In this document: positions 59,687-64,000 of the stretch, one piece after another
Layout of the letters: each line of letters starts with the position of its first letter
Numbering within the stretch: the stretch's first letter is position 1
IMG/VR virus record: IMGVR_UViG_3300024358_000009
Coordinates: 124,001 to 188,000 of that record
DNA: 64,000 nt
Strand: one strand, 5' to 3'
Position numbers and translations under genes: made by a program
The notes under the pieces: model-generated
Seen by the model: only the letters and a program-made list of their open reading frames with translations
Databases searched by the model: none
What the model was told of the DNA's origin: nothing

Positions 59687-60349
59687 ATGCATATTTATTA
59701 TAGGATAAGCGATAATAGTTATAAAAAGCCAAAAATGTGTGGCAAAGATAAATGCTTGTCTAATTTTCTTTCTAAATTTAATGATTGTTCTAAAACTTTT
59801 TTAGCTGATAATGTTTCGTCAGAAGATACTTTATCTTTAATAAAAAATATACCACATCAAAAAACATCTTTGGGCAATGCCGGTTCTTTTATGGCTTGTT
59901 TAGAGGATGCTATTAATAGATTTGATGATGACAAAGTAATATACTTTTTAGAAGACGATTACTTACACAATGGAAATGTAATAGATGCTTTAAACGAAGG
60001 ATTGCTTTTTGGAGATTATGTAACTTTATATGATCATCCAGATAAATATTCTAAATTGTATAATTTTGGAGAGGTTACTAAAGTTTTAAGAAAGAACTTT
60101 CATTGGAAATATACTATATCAACAACAATGACTTTTGCAACAAAAGTGGCTACTTTAAAGGATGACTATTCATGTTTTTTTAAGTGGACTAGAAACTTTC
60201 ATCCAGAAGATCATCAAATATTTTTAGATATAAATAAAAAAGCTAAAAAATTAGTAAGTTGTATACCAGGAATGTCAATTCATACAGACTTAACCGTGTA
60301 TAATAATATAGATAAGTCTTACATTGACAACTGGGTGCAACATGTATGA
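59687..60349 (+). CDS. Glycosyltransferase-like protein
   Basis: Motifs GNAGSF, YFLEDDYLH, YDHPDKY and STTMTFA. Confidence 0.65.
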   Translation: MHIYYRISDNSYKKPKMCGKDKCLSNFLSKFNDCSKTFLADNVSSEDTLSLIKNIPHQKTSLGNAGSFMACLEDAINRFDDDKVIYFLEDDYLHNGNVIDALNEGLLFGDYVTLYDHPDKYSKLYNFGEVTKVLRKNFHWKYTISTTMTFATKVATLKDDYSCFFKWTRNFHPEDHQIFLDINKKAKKLVSCIPGMSIHTDLTVYNNIDKSYIDNWVQHV

Positions 60350-60528
60350 GTTAATATTATTTCTTGTTGTCGGTATAAATAAAGAGTGTTTCAACTTAAT
60401 AGAAGATAAAAAAGTTTTTATTAAAAAAGAACAGCCGATAATTCAAAATAAAGAATGGATTTACGATAGAAATAAAAATCAATGGAAAATTTTCAGAGAT
60501 AGATGTTTTACATGAAGGTAAAAAAATC

Positions 60529-60891
60529 ATGCAGTTGCATGAAAAATTAGAAAACGAATTTAAAAAATCAGAAGTATTCAAAAAATACGAAGCGGTTGGA
60601 ATTATAACTATACTAACTATAGTTAGCTTGGTTATAAACGCTATAAGGCTTTTAAAAGCTTGCCAATCACCAAAAGGAGTAGCTTTAATTATAAAAGCTG
60701 GCGGACCTTTAGTTAAATTGTATGTTAGAAGAAATATTTATAAAAAAATGTTATCAATAAATATCCCAGAAGAAGATGCAAAAATATTGTCACATAATAT
60801 AATTGATTTAATTCAATCAATGCCATTAGAAGATTTAGAAAATTTAATAGAAACAGTTTTTAATCAAAGTTCTGGTGAAGAAGATGAGTGA
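60529..60891 (+). CDS. Membrane-anchored hypothetical protein
   Basis: One hydrophobic helix (VGIITILTIVSLVINAI). Confidence 0.6.
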   Translation: MQLHEKLENEFKKSEVFKKYEAVGIITILTIVSLVINAIRLLKACQSPKGVALIIKAGGPLVKLYVRRNIYKKMLSINIPEEDAKILSHNIIDLIQSMPLEDLENLIETVFNQSSGEEDE

Positions 60892-61154
60892 TTACTATAT
60901 TTTTAATCGTTATGCGCCAATTAATAATGCAAGTGTTAAGTGTTCAAAATGTAAATTATCTTTTTTTATTTTAAAAGAAATTTTTGAAAAAAAAGAAGAT
61001 GTTAGCTGTCCTCATTGTAAATCAAATTTAATTAACACATCTAAAAAATAATCTTTGAAAAATTCATATTTCTTGATTGCCATCATTCAAAAGATGGTGT
61101 AAAAATTCCAGTCCAAACATAAGATCATAAAAAATTAAAAGGAAAAAAACTGCC

Positions 61155-63437
61155 ATGTCTATTACAGAGTTGCAGAAATATACAGCCATTTCTAAATATG
61201 CAAGATGGATCGAAAATGAAAAAAGAAGAGAAACTTGGGAAGAAAGCGTAGATCGTGTTAAAAACATGATGATAGAAGTATATCCAAGTCTTTCTGAAGA
61301 CATTGAAAAGTATTATGGAATGATTAAAGATCAAAAAATACTTGGATCTCAAAGAGCATTACAGTTTGGTGGCAAGCCAATACTTAAACATAATGCAAGA
61401 ATATACAATTGTTCAGCTAGCTATTGTGATCGACTTAGGTTTTTTCAAGAATGTTTTTATTTGCTTTTATGCGGTTCAGGAACTGGTTTTAGCGTACAAA
61501 AACACCATGTCGAACTTTTGCCCAGTTTTTCTGAAAACAGGCTTAAAAATCAAATTATAAGCCACAAAATACATGTTATAGATGACTCTATTGAAGGTTG
61601 GGCTGATGCTCTTGGAATACTGCTTTCTTCATATTTTGATAAACCGGTAAAAGAGTTTAAAGAATTTAAAGATTGTAATATTCATTTTGATTATTCTTCA
61701 ATTAGAAAGAAGGGCGAACCTTTAGGTTTTGGCATTGGAACAGCCCCAGGTCATGAACCTCTTGAAAAAGCTTTAAAGAATATTAAAGCATTGCTTGATA
61801 AATGCGTTTCTGAAGGATTATCTAAACTTCGTACTATTGATGCTTTTGATATAGTCATGCATTCTGCCGATGCCGTTATTAGTGGCGGTGTTCGTAGATC
61901 GGCTACTATAGCTTTATTCTCTGCTGATGATGAATTAATGATTAATGCAAAAACAGGCGATTGGTATTTTACTAATCCACAAAGAGGCAGAGCTAATATA
62001 TCTGCTCTTTTGCACAGAAAAGATTCTTCTAAAGAAGTATTTGAGAATTTATTTAAAGCTACTAAACAATTTGGTGAGCCAGGTTTTTTCTGGGCTGATC
62101 TTTATGATGCATTGTGCAATCCATGCTGCGAAATATCATGGGTAACAAGAGCTTATTATAAAAAAGATAGCGATGAATTAAAGCTTGCTTTGTTAAATTA
62201 TGATGGTCCAATTACTACAAAGGAAAACTGTAAAGACGATATGCCAGAAGATGAAGTTGGTCTTTCTGGTTGGGGATTTTGTAACCTTTCTACAATTAAT
62301 GGAAAAACGGTCACATGCCCAGAAGATTTTTATGAAAGGTGTGAAGCTGCTGCATTTATTGGAACGCTTCAAGCTTCATTTACTAATTTTTCTTATCTTG
62401 GAAAGATTACTGAACAGATAGTTAGAAAAGAAGCTTTGTTAGGTGTTTCGATCAATGGTATGCAGCATCATCCAGAAATACTTTTAAATCCAAAAATTCA
62501 ACAGCATGGAGCTAAAATAGTAAGACAAACAAATGAAAAATATGCAAAAGCATTGAAAATAAATCCAGCTGCCAGAACAACATGTATTAAACCAGAAGGA
62601 AATTCTGCTTGTTTATTAGGTTCAACATCTGGAATTCACCCAGACCATAGCCAAAAATATTTTCGTATAGTCCAAGCAAATACTAATGAAGCTCCGTATA
62701 AGTTTTTTAAATCTAAAAATCCACAAGCATGTGAAGAATCTGTTTGGTCAATAAACAAAACAGATGATTGCATTAGATTTTGTGTAGAAAGTCAAGAAGG
62801 CACAAGACTAAAAGAGTCTTTAAGCGCCACAGAACTATTAGATAATGTTGTGTCAACTTATAATAATTGGGTAATACCAGGAAAAAATGAACAATTATGT
62901 GTTTGCAAAGAAATCAATCACAATGTTTCTAATACAATACATGTGAATGAAAATGAATGGTCTATTGTGTGCGATTACATCTATAATAATAGATATTATT
63001 TGGCTGGAATATCTTTAATTGCTTCTAGTGGCGACAAAGATTATGAACAAGCACCTTTTACCGCTGTTTATACAATTGAACAGCAAGAAGAAATTTATGG
63101 AAAAGAATCTTTAGTTATAGCAAAAGAACTTTTTGATAAATATAAATCATACGAATTTAGTTCTTTGTGGAGTGCCTGTTCTTGTGCTTTAGGTTATTTT
63201 GAACCTAATAGTGATATGCAAAAAATTTATAAAAATCATATTATTAACTTTTCCAAAATGTTTAATAATGACATTAAAAAAGCTACATATGCTTTAAAAG
63301 ATATGTACAATATTGAATTATGGAATAAGTTGAAAGAAAGTTATATTAACATAGATTATAAAGATATGATCGAAGAAAGTTCTACTATTGATGTGCAAAA
63401 CGAACTGGCTTGCGCTGGAGGTTCTTGCATTATCTAG
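61155..63437 (+). CDS. nrdJ: Ribonucleotide reductase, probably class II (AdoCbl-dependent, monomeric type)
   Basis: Motifs RRETWEE, YNC, GGVRRSA, NPCCEI, FCNL, TCIKPEG and C-terminal CAGGSC; no beta-subunit gene next to it in this window. Confidence 0.8.
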   Translation: MSITELQKYTAISKYARWIENEKRRETWEESVDRVKNMMIEVYPSLSEDIEKYYGMIKDQKILGSQRALQFGGKPILKHNARIYNCSASYCDRLRFFQECFYLLLCGSGTGFSVQKHHVELLPSFSENRLKNQIISHKIHVIDDSIEGWADALGILLSSYFDKPVKEFKEFKDCNIHFDYSSIRKKGEPLGFGIGTAPGHEPLEKALKNIKALLDKCVSEGLSKLRTIDAFDIVMHSADAVISGGVRRSATIALFSADDELMINAKTGDWYFTNPQRGRANISALLHRKDSSKEVFENLFKATKQFGEPGFFWADLYDALCNPCCEISWVTRAYYKKDSDELKLALLNYDGPITTKENCKDDMPEDEVGLSGWGFCNLSTINGKTVTCPEDFYERCEAAAFIGTLQASFTNFSYLGKITEQIVRKEALLGVSINGMQHHPEILLNPKIQQHGAKIVRQTNEKYAKALKINPAARTTCIKPEGNSACLLGSTSGIHPDHSQKYFRIVQANTNEAPYKFFKSKNPQACEESVWSINKTDDCIRFCVESQEGTRLKESLSATELLDNVVSTYNNWVIPGKNEQLCVCKEINHNVSNTIHVNENEWSIVCDYIYNNRYYLAGISLIASSGDKDYEQAPFTAVYTIEQQEEIYGKESLVIAKELFDKYKSYEFSSLWSACSCALGYFEPNSDMQKIYKNHIINFSKMFNNDIKKATYALKDMYNIELWNKLKESYINIDYKDMIEESSTIDVQNELACAGGSCII

Positions 63438-63449
63438 AAAGATGTATTT

Positions 63450-64000
63450 ATGGAAATCAAAGAATTAATTAATAACAATTTAAAAAAATGGAAAATAGAA
63501 CAAGCTCAAATAGATCCATTTGGTTATTGCAACGCTAAGTGTTGGTTTTGTCCTGTTAGATATTCTCCAAATCCATCTGAAGGCAAAGTTCAGATGCCCA
63601 TAGAATTATTTGAGAAGATAATAAACAATATTTTAGAAGAAAGATCAAAAGAAGATGGCATAGTTTCAAAAAAGTTTAATGGTTTATATACAGCCCATTA
63701 TAATGAAGTTTTATTGTATAAACACTTTGAGCAAATGTTGGAAATATTAAATAAAAATAACCTTTATACAATGATATTATCTAATGGAATAAATTTAACT
63801 CCAGACAAAACAGATATAATAAAAAAACACCAAAGAATAATAAGCGGAATATGTTTAAATATACCAGCTTTTGAAGCTGAGTTATGGGAAAAAAGATCTG
63901 GAATTAAAAAAGAGAAATTTGGACAACTTATAAGCAATATAAATTACGCAAGAATGACATTAAGAGATATGGTATCAAACAAGGCTTTTTCTATACAAAT
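63450..64000 (+). CDS. Radical SAM protein, partial (runs off the right edge)
   Basis: CNAKCWFC (CxxxCxxC) and a downstream SNG motif. Confidence 0.8.
   Translation, partial: MEIKELINNNLKKWKIEQAQIDPFGYCNAKCWFCPVRYSPNPSEGKVQMPIELFEKIINNILEERSKEDGIVSKKFNGLYTAHYNEVLLYKHFEQMLEILNKNNLYTMILSNGINLTPDKTDIIKKHQRIISGICLNIPAFEAELWEKRSGIKKEKFGQLISNINYARMTLRDMVSNKAFSIQ

Overview
The window is part of a large, AT-rich tailed dsDNA phage genome in the standard genetic code. A Planctomycetota host is inferred from DUF1501, a CsrA homologue and Cys-rich secreted peptides. 1-11.9 kb (- strand) is the head and packaging module: major capsid, decoration protein, protease/scaffold, portal, terminase, ERCC4 nuclease, gmd and a sigma factor. 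A GC-rich switch region at about 13.3 kb precedes an ECF-like sigma gene with a sigma70 promoter and a type II hammerhead ribozyme directly behind it. A long + strand early/accessory region follows, with about 30 copies of one promoter (NNAAAT-N16-CGAATA), seven 22-bp palindromic operators and many small ORFs. The non-coding RNA content is unusually rich: two short-variable-arm tRNA-Leu(UAA); a tRNA-Ile2(CAU) split by a group I intron whose HNH ORF runs through the ribozyme core; two anticodon-less tRNA-like RNAs ending in ACCA; a three-hairpin RNA whose loops match phage ribosome-binding sites; and several promoter-driven short structured RNAs. The right half carries a C5 DNA methyltransferase with a nested ORF next to a CmoA-like gene, CsrA, DUF1501, glycosyl- and methyltransferases, a PduO-type cobalamin adenosyltransferase, a Bpt/ATE-like transferase, a DenV-like glycosylase, peptide deformylase, ThyX, a papain-like protease, a probable class II ribonucleotide reductase and a radical SAM gene. 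All protein calls come from motif recognition by eye; no database search or folding program was run.
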